From a virus (Duplodnaviria > Heunggongvirae > Uroviricota > Caudoviricetes): DNA of 64,000 nt. Positions within the stretch are counted from its first letter, which is position 1. The number at the start of each line of letters is the position of its first letter. The notes beneath the pieces are model-generated. The model was given only the letters and a program-made list of their open reading frames with translations, made no database searches and was not told the origin of the DNA. Positions 1 through 9,664 of the stretch are shown piece after piece. Where the stretch lies: the IMG/VR virus record IMGVR_UViG_3300028591_000077; one strand, written 5' to 3'. A program made the translations under genes and the position numbers.

Positions 1-374
1 TCGAGTCTTTTCTTTTATAAAACTTGTACGAAATTTGTACTCGAATCGTACCCGTAACATTTGAAATTTTTCACTAAATAGTGGATTTTTGCGGAAAAAT
101 TCTCCGATGTTGGATCAAATTCATCATAAAATTTACAAAAAGTTATTGTATAATATAATGTGTTAAACAAGCTAACTCAAAAATAACACAATACTCCGAC
201 ACCACACACAACTCACAAATTCCTCCTTTCTTTCAATAATAATTTCCGTGAGCGTGGTGAAAAACTTATTACCTCCTTTCTACAGACAGGCTCGAAGTTC
301 GGTTATAGAGTCTGTCTTTTTTCATATCCGTCGATCCAGTACGATTCGGGGGTACCGCCGTACTGTACAATTAT

Positions 375-388
375 CACTAATTAGTGGG
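375..388. repeat. palindromic repeat CACTAATTAGTGGG, member of the CACTAAWTAGTRG family
   Basis: perfect 12-bp palindrome core; related copies at 72-84, 481-495, 3378-3390, 3514-3525, 3624-3636, 5191-5205, 6550-6564, 7116-7128, 7261-7273, about 7398-7420. Confidence 0.6.
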
Positions 389-634
389 ATTTACCGAATC
401 AAGCTGCCAAATTTATCAGTATCTGTCTACGATTTTAGGTCAGAGGAATCTGCGCGGGGATCCGATGCTTCGGCCCGAATCCACCAAATTAGTGGTTTTT
501 TGGAATCGTGCCGTACCCCCGCATGCATGTATCGCGTTTCCTTAACTATTATACGTGTGTGCACACGCATAAAAATTATTTACAAACATATGGAAATATG
601 ATATAATAATAGTATAAGAAAGAAGGAACTCACT

Positions 635-877
635 ATGAAGTACAGGAACAACGGAAAAACTTATGATGTTGAAGAAGTCAATCTCGCCGGAGCAATCATC
701 AATGTGAATGGAACTTCCATCACAGACTATAAGACTATGGAATACATTACTGGAGACAAGATGTATTCTGGTATGGGTTATTCAGTCTTCTGCGATTCCG
801 ACGAAATCTGCTTTGATACTTTTGAAGAAGCATATGACTTCGCGATGAATAAACAAAAGAATACTTTCAGGATTTAA
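635..877 (+). CDS. hypothetical early protein (80 aa)
   Basis: ORF with upstream TATAAT-like -10 and RBS; TAA stop. Confidence 0.45.
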   Translation: MKYRNNGKTYDVEEVNLAGAIINVNGTSITDYKTMEYITGDKMYSGMGYSVFCDSDEICFDTFEEAYDFAMNKQKNTFRI

Positions 878-943
878 TTTGTTTACTTTTTTATTAAAAC
901 GTGATATAATTATTATAGAGAAAAGATAAAGGGAGGAAAATTT

Positions 944-1567
944 ATGAAAGGTTATGTTATCTTATCTGGCTCTGTTGACGGAGCGACTTGTGAAGACGAT
1001 GGCTTCATCAATTGTGCAAACTTTGGAATGGTTGGTAGTCTTGCCTTAAAGACTAAGAAAGAAGCGATTGAAGTCAGAGACCAAACAATCGAGACTGACG
1101 TAGAGGACTTCAAAACATTATGGACTGAAGAAGATGGTTATTCCATTGAAGTCGGCTCTATGAACGAAGACGAGGAATTGGCTGACAAGTATGTCGACGT
1201 CTACTACAATGGAAGCGTCGTCAATGAGACAATCTATAAGATTGCTCCAGTCGAATTCAAAGAATCGAAGAGAATTCCTAATGAGTCCGATGCTTATAGA
1301 AACTTACTGTTATCTATGTTAAAGCACAATGGTTATTATGAGAACATCCGCAAATGGATGAAGCTTAAAGGAATCGACGTCGAGAAAGCGGCGAGTATGT
1401 TCAATACGGTTTGGGATAAGATTCCTGATGGTATGTCTGCTTACTATTTCTTAGATAGTGTGGAAGATGCGTTAACGAAACTAGACGAAGACAAATGGAA
1501 TCAATTCGACGACGGTTATGATTTCGTTGACTATCTATACGACAACGACGGTTGGAAAACATATTAA
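944..1567 (+). CDS. hypothetical acidic early protein (207 aa)
   Basis: ORF preceded by gatataat -10 and GGAGG RBS; all Trp encoded by TGG. Confidence 0.55.
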   Translation: MKGYVILSGSVDGATCEDDGFINCANFGMVGSLALKTKKEAIEVRDQTIETDVEDFKTLWTEEDGYSIEVGSMNEDEELADKYVDVYYNGSVVNETIYKIAPVEFKESKRIPNESDAYRNLLLSMLKHNGYYENIRKWMKLKGIDVEKAASMFNTVWDKIPDGMSAYYFLDSVEDALTKLDEDKWNQFDDGYDFVDYLYDNDGWKTY

Positions 1568-1636
1568 TTAAAAAAGGGGTTTACAAAAACCTCTTTTTAT
1601 GTTATAATATATGTAGAATAAAGAGAGGTAATTTAT

Positions 1637-1804
1637 ATGACTGATACGGAAATTAAAAAGAAACTAGAAGAACTCTATGATGTATTGGACGAACTTCAAG
1701 AGACTTCTACGGCACAAACCAATAGCACTTTAATGTGGGAAATCGGTGAAGCGATGGGTCATATCGATAATGCCATTGATTCAATAGATAAAGAGAGGAA
1801 ATAA
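1637..1804 (+). CDS. small hypothetical protein (55 aa)
   Basis: ATG after TTTACA-N17-TATAAT promoter and GAGAGG RBS; not in ORF track (<60 aa). Confidence 0.4.
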   Translation: MTDTEIKKKLEELYDVLDELQETSTAQTNSTLMWEIGEAMGHIDNAIDSIDKERK

Positions 1805-1807
1805 ATT

Positions 1808-2221
1808 ATGGGTTTTAGAAAGATTAGAACGATTCAAGTAAGCGAAAGAGTATTCGACTTAGTATGCGAAAACTTAGACAATGAAGCGACAGAAAGCCAT
1901 GTCAAGATCGCTGGTTATTTAGAGTGCTTTAACAATTGTCGTGAACAAGGATACGTCCTTCATGTCGATTCCGTCGATTGGGATAATCCTGAACACACTA
2001 AAGACTCACTAGTGATTTGGGCTTTCGAAGCTAGGAGCTCTGACGAGATCGTCGTGTCGTGGCAAACCGAATATCCGCATAATGGAATGTTCAGCGAAGA
2101 TACTTATAAGAATCGCAGAAAGTATTTCCATTACAACGAACTTCAAAAAGCCGCGGATTATATCATAAACTTAGTTAAAGAAAAGTTCATAAAAGAGTTT
2201 ACAAAGTCTAAGGGTATGTGA
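1808..2221 (+). CDS. hypothetical protein (137 aa); terminates at TGA lying inside the next gene's promoter
   Basis: ORF; stop TGA at 2219-2221 overlaps the gatataat -10 of the downstream gene. Confidence 0.5.
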   Translation: MGFRKIRTIQVSERVFDLVCENLDNEATESHVKIAGYLECFNNCREQGYVLHVDSVDWDNPEHTKDSLVIWAFEARSSDEIVVSWQTEYPHNGMFSEDTYKNRRKYFHYNELQKAADYIINLVKEKFIKEFTKSKGM

Positions 2222-2251
2222 TATAATATTTATAGAGAGTGAGGAACGATT

Positions 2252-2698
2252 ATGAACAAAAAGAATATCGTTAAAAAAGAAAACATTACGAAAATCGCGG
2301 ACTTCCTAGAAAAAGCCTGTGAACATTTCAAGAAAGACGGCGAAGGTTGTTATAACTATCCGTTGTCAGAAGACTTAGTGTTGGCGGTTGGCTGGTCTGA
2401 CGGATATGACATGGCCGACACCGACATCATCAAATCTAAAGAAGGCCAAAGACCACATGGTTCTTGGACTTGTGGTTATGCGGTTAATGCCGCGGTCAAA
2501 GTCAGAAACGACTGTGATTGTGCCGATTTCGATTTCTTAGACTATCCGTTCTACGAAGACGGCGAATGTTGGGATACTGGAGTATCTATGAAACCTGATT
2601 TGAAACGCAGAGATTACAAGAAATTGGCGAGATGGTTTTTAGAAGATTTCGTTGGAATGACGAATGCTCATGCAAAAGGAGAATTGAAATATGAATAA
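2252..2698 (+). CDS. hypothetical Cys-rich protein (148 aa)
   Basis: ORF with promoter and RBS gaggaa; TAA stop. Confidence 0.5.
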   Translation: MNKKNIVKKENITKIADFLEKACEHFKKDGEGCYNYPLSEDLVLAVGWSDGYDMADTDIIKSKEGQRPHGSWTCGYAVNAAVKVRNDCDCADFDFLDYPFYEDGECWDTGVSMKPDLKRRDYKKLARWFLEDFVGMTNAHAKGELKYE

Positions 2699-3008
2699 AG
2701 AATTAATCAAAGTAGAAGTCGAACAGCCTTGGTATGTTTGGCGAAAAGAAGGCGGCGCGGAAACCGGCAATAAGTTCAACCGTCCTACTGCCAAACGTAG
2801 GTATATCCGAATCTTGGCGTTGTGCCTTATCCCTCTTCCTGCCAAAGTCATTTTCCCTAACACCAAACATCCTATGATGGCTCAAGTCCGAGACATGTGC
2901 CGCGCAGGACTACTCGATAGGTATGAGGTCAAAGGCGAACGTGGCTACTACTACAAAACTACTCCTGCTGGTTTTGACCTCTTGGCCAAAGCCGTCAGCG
3001 CCAAATAA
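2691..3008 (+). CDS. hypothetical basic protein (105 aa)
   Basis: ORF overlapping previous stop (ATGAATAA). Confidence 0.45.
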   Translation: MNKELIKVEVEQPWYVWRKEGGAETGNKFNRPTAKRRYIRILALCLIPLPAKVIFPNTKHPMMAQVRDMCRAGLLDRYEVKGERGYYYKTTPAGFDLLAKAVSAK

Positions 3009-3027
3009 GGAAAGGAGGTAGGCTCAG

Positions 3028-3168
3028 ATGATATTCATGATATTCGTCATCATAGCGATTTGGATGGTTCCGCCTGGAACGATTCCGCTCTGGCTTCAAA
3101 TTTGTCTGACGATATTTGGCTCATTGCATGCCTTATTCCATCTTGTGGAAATCGGAAGTGATGATTAA
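3028..3168 (+). CDS. small hydrophobic membrane peptide (46 aa)
   Basis: GGAGG RBS + ATG; predicted TM helix; read by eye. Confidence 0.3.
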   Translation: MIFMIFVIIAIWMVPPGTIPLWLQICLTIFGSLHALFHLVEIGSDD

Positions 3169-3699
3169 GACTGTGAAAACAGTCTTTTTATTTTGCGGAA
3201 ATTGTCGAATCAGATTCCAACATCGTACCCGGAATTCGGGTAAATCCGACTATTTTAGTGGAATTTTACGTTTTTGGGTACCCACGATGCATGATTCGAC
3301 ATGAAAAAAGGGGTTTACAAACCGTCGGAAACATGTTGAAATGTACGTGGGGATGGCGCTGTCATCGTGGAAATATTCACTAATTAGTAGAATTTAGCTG
3401 TGTCATCTGATCAGCTGAATCAGATAGATTACCGAAAATACAGACAGGACTTATCGATATTGTAGCAGGACTGGCATCGGGGGATCGGATAAATTGTAAA
3501 TTTCCACTAAAAGCGAAAGCTTTGCAGCTCGGGGGATCCACCCACAAGACGTGAATGATTCGATTTTATGGGTTTACATCTATATATATAGATGTATGGG
3601 GCTGGATTCGGCAAAGCTATATTTACTAATTAGTGATTTTACCGGATACAGCTGATCCCCAAATTCGATTCGATGTTTACAAATCTTTGTTTTTATCGT

Positions 3700-3912
3700 A
3701 TAATATCTACAGTCAAGGTTAAGGTAAACACACCCTAGAGCCTTAGCGTTGTGGGTTCGACTCCTACCTGGAACATGGTGATAGCGCAAATAAGACCATG
3801 TGAAAGTCAGCCAGCGAACGGGATCTGGCATGAGAGCCAAGTGGTAAAAGTCCATGTTGTGTGTTGAGTGGCAGAGAAGACATTAGAAAGGTTTGCGACT
3901 TCTAATGTCTTT
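3700..3912 (+). ncRNA. candidate small RNA (about 200 nt) with tRNA-like T-arm motif GGGTTCGACTCC
   Basis: TTTACA-N17-TATAAT promoter at about 3670-3700; no ORF; strong terminator 3884-3912. Confidence 0.3.
3884..3912 (+). terminator. rho-independent terminator
   Basis: gacattagaa...ttctaatgtc stem followed by T7 run. Confidence 0.7.
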
Positions 3913-3985
3913 TTTTATTTTATTATTTACAATTATATTAAAGCGCGATATAATATTAATAGAGAGAAAGAGAAGGTAACCAATT

Positions 3986-4141
3986 ATGACAGTTAAAGAA
4001 AAGTTAATCCAAGAGTTTGGATGCGCGATTACCGCAGTGTTCGGCGATGAAGCGGACAAAGAAACCGAAGATGTTGAAATCAGCAAGTCAGACATCGAGG
4101 CCATAGCGAAGAAAGTTAAGTTCTACATGGACTTAGATTAA
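3986..4141 (+). CDS. small hypothetical protein (51 aa)
   Basis: gatataat -10, RBS agaagg, ATG; TAA stop. Confidence 0.35.
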   Translation: MTVKEKLIQEFGCAITAVFGDEADKETEDVEISKSDIEAIAKKVKFYMDLD

Positions 4142-4153
4142 GGAGAAGATAAC

Positions 4154-4672
4154 ATGGAAAAGAAAATTGTTACAGTATTTGGCAAGAAGAACTACTTACT
4201 TGGCCAAGATGCAGATAGAATAAACCATTATATTGAAGAGCCTAACTTCGATTGCGGTTGGTATTGGGGCGGACTTTATGTCGAGACCTTCACTAACAAC
4301 AGACAGCCAGAAAGATCGAAGGATATCAGTTCTCATTCCCACTTCGATTCTATGTTCTTGAAGTGCGACGGCGCGTTTGGACCTGAGGTGTTCAAGAGAA
4401 TCTTCAAGAAGACCGTGTTGAATTCCGACAAAGAGATGTGGAGACTCTTGGAATTAGCGAAGACCTTCTACACTCTTAGAAAGGCGGCTGACCTATTCCA
4501 CATCGGCGGAAGTCACATTACTACGAACGATTGCTACGACGTCATCAAAGACCAGAAGATGTATGAGGAAATAGTCAAAGTCAAACTTCCAGCCGTCATC
4601 TCTGAAATCATGAATCTCTTAGGCGGGGATACCAAGCCAGAAGATTTCGCCAAGAAAGTCGTGCTCGAATAA
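4154..4672 (+). CDS. hypothetical protein (172 aa)
   Basis: ORF with RBS aggagaag. Confidence 0.55.
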   Translation: MEKKIVTVFGKKNYLLGQDADRINHYIEEPNFDCGWYWGGLYVETFTNNRQPERSKDISSHSHFDSMFLKCDGAFGPEVFKRIFKKTVLNSDKEMWRLLELAKTFYTLRKAADLFHIGGSHITTNDCYDVIKDQKMYEEIVKVKLPAVISEIMNLLGGDTKPEDFAKKVVLE

Positions 4673-4873
4673 AAATATTAAAAAAGTATTTACAAAAAGT
4701 TAAATACATGATATAACGTTAATTGTGAGGTGAATGAATATGTCATATAAATCAAAAGCTAGAAAAGCGCGTAACTCATGGGTGTCAAAACACAAACGCC
4801 CATAAACGACATTCAAAAATAATATTAAAAAATTATAGGTGTATGTCGTATAGTATAATGGAGGCTAGATACA

Positions 4874-5077
4874 ATGGAAACTAAGAAACTTGTAGAAGCA
4901 TTCGAACAAGGCTACATCTATATCAAATCAAATCCTACAAAACAAGTTCCAGTCAAATCAATCGATTATAATGGTGTTGTTGTAGAAGTTAATCAAGCCG
5001 GTTATAAAACAACCGTTACATATACTGCCAATACTTATGGAACTTATTGGGGTAACAAACCAGAAGACATTTGTTAA
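4874..5077 (+). CDS. hypothetical protein (67 aa)
   Basis: ORF after tatagtataat -10 and ggagg RBS; terminator 5098-5135 downstream. Confidence 0.4.
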   Translation: METKKLVEAFEQGYIYIKSNPTKQVPVKSIDYNGVVVEVNQAGYKTTVTYTANTYGTYWGNKPEDIC

Positions 5078-5190
5078 AAAACTATACACTCTCTTCTTTC
5101 CTAGGACCTTGAGCAATCAAGGTCCCCTTTCTTTTTAGGCGTCAGAATCATAGACCTGAATCGGATGGGGGATCGAAAGCTTCGGCTATT

Positions 5191-5205
5191 TCCACTAATT
5201 AGTGG
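5191..5205. repeat. palindromic repeat CCACTAATTAGTGGG inside a GC-rich intergenic island
   Basis: flanked by GGGGATC motifs (5167, 5219) and enclosed by inverted repeat gtcagaatcat/atgattctg. Confidence 0.6.
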
Positions 5206-5333
5206 GATTTCGCCGATGTTGGGGATCCGCCGATGCACATGATTCTGGTCGCGGAATATAAAATTAAAAATAATATTTACAAAGTTAATTTAACATAGTA
5301 TAATATAAATAAAGAAAGAGAGAATTATATTTT

Positions 5334-5543
5334 ATGGACAACATCGAAATCGAAAACAGATATGGAAAGTTATATGTCAAAGTGCCAGCATTGGTTGCTC
5401 ATAACAATTCCGAAACATGGAGCACAAGTTATTCTACCGAAACCGTCGGAGTTCCATTAGAAAGCATCATCGGTATTCTACAATTGGTTGGGGTTCAAAT
5501 CAATCTCAACGACGACTTCTATAAGAAAGTAGGTAATCTATAA
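5334..5543 (+). CDS. hypothetical protein (69 aa)
   Basis: ORF; stop overlaps next start (TAATG). Confidence 0.4.
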   Translation: MDNIEIENRYGKLYVKVPALVAHNNSETWSTSYSTETVGVPLESIIGILQLVGVQINLNDDFYKKVGNL

Positions 5544-6094
5544 TGGAAACATTAATCTTCAACAAACCATTCAAAGACTTCTTGAAAAGAATTGGGTTCA
5601 AAAAAGAAAACCATTCTGCATGCGAACCAGACAACGAAATCTTCTATATCAAAGAATATGGAGATGAATATGGTGTATTTGGTCACATCTGCATTGAACA
5701 AAATTGGGATGGAAAAGATTTATCTCTTATAGTCGTTTGGCCGAAGGTAAGCGACTTCAATGGTTCATTCGATTTAGAGACCGTCACGCTTGAACAAGCA
5801 GAAGACCAAATCAAAAAGGTCGAAGAGATCATGGCGAAGATGAAAGTTGATTTACTTAAGTTAGTGAAGAAGGCGAGAGAGCTTCAAGCTGTAGACAATA
5901 AGTTCGAGTTCAAGTCTTACTCCGCTGAGATGAGGGAAGACGGTTATGCCGAAGTCTTCGGACATAACGTTAGAGGTCAAAGCATCAGTCTTGGCATCAC
6001 TACTAAAAAGATTAATGACTTCACCCCTGAAGATGTTAAACAAGAACTCTTACATGAGGTCATTCAAAACTTCTTCAAAAATAAGTTGGCATAA
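5543..6094 (+). CDS. hypothetical protein (183 aa)
   Basis: ORF translationally coupled to previous. Confidence 0.55.
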   Translation: METLIFNKPFKDFLKRIGFKKENHSACEPDNEIFYIKEYGDEYGVFGHICIEQNWDGKDLSLIVVWPKVSDFNGSFDLETVTLEQAEDQIKKVEEIMAKMKVDLLKLVKKARELQAVDNKFEFKSYSAEMREDGYAEVFGHNVRGQSISLGITTKKINDFTPEDVKQELLHEVIQNFFKNKLA

Positions 6095-6173
6095 AAACCA
6101 ACTTTTTATTTACAAAGTAATGTTATAATGATATAATATATATAGAGTTAAGAAAGAAAGGATATTAGAAATT

Positions 6174-6449
6174 ATGAACTTAACAAAAATTAATGGATGT
6201 TATTCAAAAGAATTAAGAGAGAATTGTTATAACATCAAACTTCTCGTCAAAGATAGAAATACTTCAGTCAAGACAATGAAACAATGGATTAATAATATCA
6301 TTGAGCCAGCTTTTATTGAGGCAAAAGCCAAAGCTAGATTTAGAACCAATCTATCTAATTGTCAAACAAAAGAAGAGATTGACCAATTATGTCAAGATGT
6401 CGTTCTTCATGGAATGTATTACACACCAAAGAAAAGACAAGTTCGATAA
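6174..6449 (+). CDS. hypothetical protein (91 aa)
   Basis: ORF after tttacaaa...gatataat promoter. Confidence 0.4.
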   Translation: MNLTKINGCYSKELRENCYNIKLLVKDRNTSVKTMKQWINNIIEPAFIEAKAKARFRTNLSNCQTKEEIDQLCQDVVLHGMYYTPKKRQVR

Positions 6450-6629
6450 GTCTTGAATAACTTGAGAGTTCGTAAGAACTCTTTTTTATTTACATTTCTC
6501 ACAGGACATGTTATCATGAGATCAGGGAGTACGGAAGCTTCGGAAAAAACCACTAAAGAAGTGGATAAGCCGAAGCCGGATGGTACCCCCCACGCCGAAT
6601 GGTTCTGAAAACTTTTTATAAAAAAACGT

Positions 6630-6665
6630 TTACAAAGTTCTAATATCTTGGTATAATATAAATGA
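6630..6665 (+). promoter_or_regulatory. sigma70-like early promoter TTTACA-N17-TATAAT (representative of about 15 in the first 12 kb)
   Basis: tttacaaagttctaatatcttggtataatat; same architecture before genes at 944, 1637, 2252, 4740, 6174, 7530, 9204, 11400. Confidence 0.55.
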
Positions 6666-6686
6666 AGATAAGAGAGGTAATTAAAA

Positions 6687-7037
6687 ATGAACGAAAACGA
6701 AAAACAATTGGTAAAACAATTCTTCGAACTTAAAGCCAAACAAATAATCTGCAAAGTATGGTTGATGATTAATCAGAAACCTGGATACACCAATGATGAA
6801 GTTGGGTTGATGATGAAGGTAATGGAAGTTCAATCCAAACTCGAAACAGTCGAATCGAACATCTTGGACTTACTCAAAGCAAACGAAACCTTCTTCATGA
6901 ATTCGGACTTAGAAGAGTTATCGAAGCAACAAGAGTTCAAAGTCTCGTTCGACAAACAAAAAGAATACTCAAAAGAATTGTTAGGTTACGAAACTACAAT
7001 CGAAGACTTGATTGAAAAACTTCCAAGACGTGGTTAA
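6687..7037 (+). CDS. hypothetical protein (116 aa)
   Basis: ORF after tttacaaa-N17-tggtataat promoter and gagagg RBS. Confidence 0.45.
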   Translation: MNENEKQLVKQFFELKAKQIICKVWLMINQKPGYTNDEVGLMMKVMEVQSKLETVESNILDLLKANETFFMNSDLEELSKQQEFKVSFDKQKEYSKELLGYETTIEDLIEKLPRRG

Positions 7038-7075
7038 TTCCATGTCTTTTTTATTTATGAAGTTCCGCACATAGG

Positions 7076-7109
7076 TCATGATGAATCTGGGAGATCGGAT
7101 TCATCATGA
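7076..7109. repeat. 12-bp perfect inverted repeat tcatgatgaatc / gattcatcatga (hairpin)
   Basis: seen directly; sits at the start of intergenic island 7040-7450. Confidence 0.6.
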
Positions 7110-7289
7110 TTTTTCACTAAATAGTGGATAAAGCTTTTTGGGATGGCCCCCCTCGGATTAGCATCAGGAGTATCTTGCAAAAAAGTATTTACAATTCCAA
7201 GAGAATATGTTACCATGAGGTTGGGAAAGAAATTGGGGATCGCCGAAGAATCAAATAAACCACTAAATAGTAGAATTTAGCTGTCATCC

Positions 7290-7312
7290 GTACGATTCGG
7301 CGGTACGATTCG
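7290..7312. repeat. tandem direct repeat GTACGATTCG x2 (a third copy at 333-342)
   Basis: seen directly. Confidence 0.55.
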
Positions 7313-7529
7313 ACCTGTTGGTAAGACATAATTAGGACGATTTGACCTATGCAGTATCCTGCGGGGATCCCGATGCGCCTAGAAGAACGACTATTTAGTA
7401 GAATTAGTGGTTTAAGAATCCGGATGTGGATCGCCCCAGACTATGTGGTTAGAACTTTTATTAAATAATTGTTTACAAATATATATTTATATGGTATAAT
7501 ATTTATAGAAGATAAGGAGAGACTAAGTT

Positions 7530-7730
7530 ATGAAATGTTGTATCTGCGGAATAGAAATTAATGGTTATGGCAATAATCCTCAAGGTGCTGTTTGGAAGAC
7601 TCCAGAAGGTGAAATCTTTGAAGCAGAGTTTGATGCTGATGCCAGATGCTGTGACGAATGTAATACTAGGTTCGTTATTCCTGGTAGAATCTATAGAATG
7701 AACAAGGGGCACAAACATGATTCTAACTAA
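7530..7730 (+). CDS. Cys4 zinc-ribbon protein (66 aa)
   Basis: CxxC...CxxC pattern; promoter and RBS upstream. Confidence 0.45.
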   Translation: MKCCICGIEINGYGNNPQGAVWKTPEGEIFEAEFDADARCCDECNTRFVIPGRIYRMNKGHKHDSN

Positions 7731-8010
7731 GAAACATAAATGGTTCCTCTTTGATAATAACTATGTCACTGCCAAAGTCTTGGACGCCGCTTATTTAGGT
7801 GCTTGGCAAGACTACTTCATCAACAACTTCAGATGGGAGTTAAGCGAGAATAAAGATGCCTATGGTTTCTATAGACTATATCTTAAGGACAAGAAGACCG
7901 ACGATATAGAATATACTATTGGAATTAATTGGCAAGGTGATGACTTCCACAAGATGCTAACTTATATGCAAGACCCTAATAGTCCTAAACTAACTGCACA
8001 AAGGAGATAA
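7717..8010 (+). CDS. hypothetical protein (97 aa)
   Basis: ORF overlapping previous. Confidence 0.45.
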   Translation: MILTKKHKWFLFDNNYVTAKVLDAAYLGAWQDYFINNFRWELSENKDAYGFYRLYLKDKKTDDIEYTIGINWQGDDFHKMLTYMQDPNSPKLTAQRR

Positions 8011-8015
8011 AGAAT

Positions 8016-8306
8016 ATGAAATACAAAGTAACTACTTCGTATCTAATCGGAGCCGGAGACATGAGTCACGACGACGAGTGGATATTCGACACCAGAGAAG
8101 AAGCTCAAGCGTTCGTAGACAAATTCCATAAGGCGTTTCCAGAAGAGACTAAGACTATGGATGACCCATACATCTACACAAGCAAATGGAAACCTGAGAT
8201 AGAAGAAATCAACGATACTCGTGCCGACCCATACGTTTGGTTGGACAAACAAATAAAAGAAAAAGAAGAGCGTGAAAGACGCCATAAAGAAAGGTGGGGC
8301 TACTAA
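8016..8306 (+). CDS. hypothetical acidic protein (96 aa)
   Basis: ORF with RBS aggagat. Confidence 0.45.
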   Translation: MKYKVTTSYLIGAGDMSHDDEWIFDTREEAQAFVDKFHKAFPEETKTMDDPYIYTSKWKPEIEEINDTRADPYVWLDKQIKEKEERERRHKERWGY

Positions 8307-8307
8307 T

Positions 8308-8679
8308 ATGAAAATGACCGCGATGTTAAATGGATTAACCATAAAGAATCCTAACTATTACGAGAAGAGAGACAACGCCGACGTATTGGTTTTGTCTGAT
8401 GGAACCGAAATCACTTTCGACGGAGACGAGAACTCCGGACCTAACGACTGCTATAACTACGCCGACTGGTCTGCATTAGAAGACACTGGATTCTTCGAGG
8501 ATAAAACTATCACTGCAGAAACCTTGAAGTTAGAATCAGTGGAACCTTACGGCTTCAGAATCAACGGCTACTTCGTTCCTTGCTATTCCTGTCAGAACGG
8601 TTGGTATACTTCTACCTTGACCATCACTGCAAAGAAAGACGGTAAGGTAATCGCCACCATCGACTGCGAAGGAGAATAA
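8308..8679 (+). CDS. hypothetical protein (123 aa)
   Basis: ATG after RBS aaggtgggg; start trimmed from track ORF 8272. Confidence 0.45.
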   Translation: MKMTAMLNGLTIKNPNYYEKRDNADVLVLSDGTEITFDGDENSGPNDCYNYADWSALEDTGFFEDKTITAETLKLESVEPYGFRINGYFVPCYSCQNGWYTSTLTITAKKDGKVIATIDCEGE

Positions 8680-8683
8680 TAGT

Positions 8684-9094
8684 ATGAGTGATTACGTTCA
8701 TAATAAAGCAGTGATGTATCCAATCGACTGCGCTAAGCTAGGAATCAAAGACGCATGGGACCTAGATGAAAAGATTCCAGAAGCATTAAAGAACAACTGG
8801 GATAAGAAGTATCCTTACTTCGAATTAGAAGCAATGGTTGATTATGCCGGTAACGGAGATTGTAATTACTACTTATCATTGGTATTGGACAGCACATACG
8901 GCAGAGAGTCTGGTGACTTCGGTAGGAATAGAACTTTAAGTCCAACCGAACAAGAAAAGTATAAGAAGATATTCGAACAAGTGATTCCTGATGTCGACCC
9001 TTCGAAGCTGAAGTATGTAGACTATTGCTATTACAACTGTTGTGAGAGCGAAGACTATTACGTAAAGGAAGACGAGTTCAATACGGAGATATAA
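8684..9094 (+). CDS. hypothetical protein (136 aa)
   Basis: ORF. Confidence 0.5.
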   Translation: MSDYVHNKAVMYPIDCAKLGIKDAWDLDEKIPEALKNNWDKKYPYFELEAMVDYAGNGDCNYYLSLVLDSTYGRESGDFGRNRTLSPTEQEKYKKIFEQVIPDVDPSKLKYVDYCYYNCCESEDYYVKEDEFNTEI

Positions 9095-9203
9095 ACGAAC
9101 TTAAATAATAATTAATATTAATGTTTACATTATGTGAAAAGTAATGTATAATAACAATAGAGTCGAGACAACCATACCTCGACTTTTATTGTGGAGAGAG
9201 AAT

Positions 9204-9647
9204 ATGGAACATCATCTGAACATTGTCAGGAAGCTCAAGACTGCGCTGCGGATAGCGAAAACCACTAGCAAGGTAAGCGATGTCCGCGAGTATCATCTTG
9301 GCGCCGTCATCTTCGACAAGCATAAGATTTACTGCTATGCCTGCAACACCGACAAAGAGATTCCGATGCAGAGATACTACAACAGGTTCAAAGCGCCTGA
9401 CGCCAATAAGTGGAGAAAGCATTCCGCCCACGCCGAGATGAACTGCATCCATAAACTACTACAGCAATACTACGACAAATTGCCGGACTACTCAAAGCTA
9501 TCGATATTGGTATACAGAGAACACCATGACGGAACGCTCGCCATGGCACGTCCCTGTAAGGCATGCTCTCAGGCGCTGAGGGATCTGGGATTCAGGCATG
9601 TCTACTATACTAGTGATAACGGCTTGTGCTACGAAGAATTCATCTGA
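9204..9647 (+). CDS. cytidine/dCMP deaminase-like zinc-binding protein
   Basis: HAE ... PCxxC zinc-binding motif pair (SAHAEMNCI ... ARPCKACSQA); GC about 50 percent; start set at RBS ggagagag + ATG. Confidence 0.5.
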   Translation: MEHHLNIVRKLKTALRIAKTTSKVSDVREYHLGAVIFDKHKIYCYACNTDKEIPMQRYYNRFKAPDANKWRKHSAHAEMNCIHKLLQQYYDKLPDYSKLSILVYREHHDGTLAMARPCKACSQALRDLGFRHVYYTSDNGLCYEEFI

Positions 9648-9664
9648 TAAGGAGAACATTGAAA

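Noticed and set aside
248-601. 117-aa GTG-start ORF at the window start
   Set aside because: Lies over a GC-rich repeat island (CACTAATTAGTGG, GGGGATC copies); no RBS or promoter; composition unlike neighbouring genes. Treated as non-coding.
1808-2698. Possible read-through fusion of ORFs 1808 and 2252 if TGA 2219 were Trp
   Set aside because: The intervening sequence is a textbook TTTACA-N17-gatataat promoter plus gaggaa RBS, identical to other intergenic promoters; two genes with TGA acting as stop is more parsimonious. Kept as an observation under the code finding.
3740-3790. tRNA gene suggested by GGGTTCGACTCC
   Set aside because: A T-arm can be drawn but no complementary 5' acceptor strand or anticodon arm could be found by eye; reported only as a tRNA-like small RNA candidate.
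1-7500. CRISPR array suggested by repeated palindromes
   Set aside because: Repeat copies are degenerate, irregularly spaced and separated by genes; no regular repeat-spacer periodicity and no cas genes.
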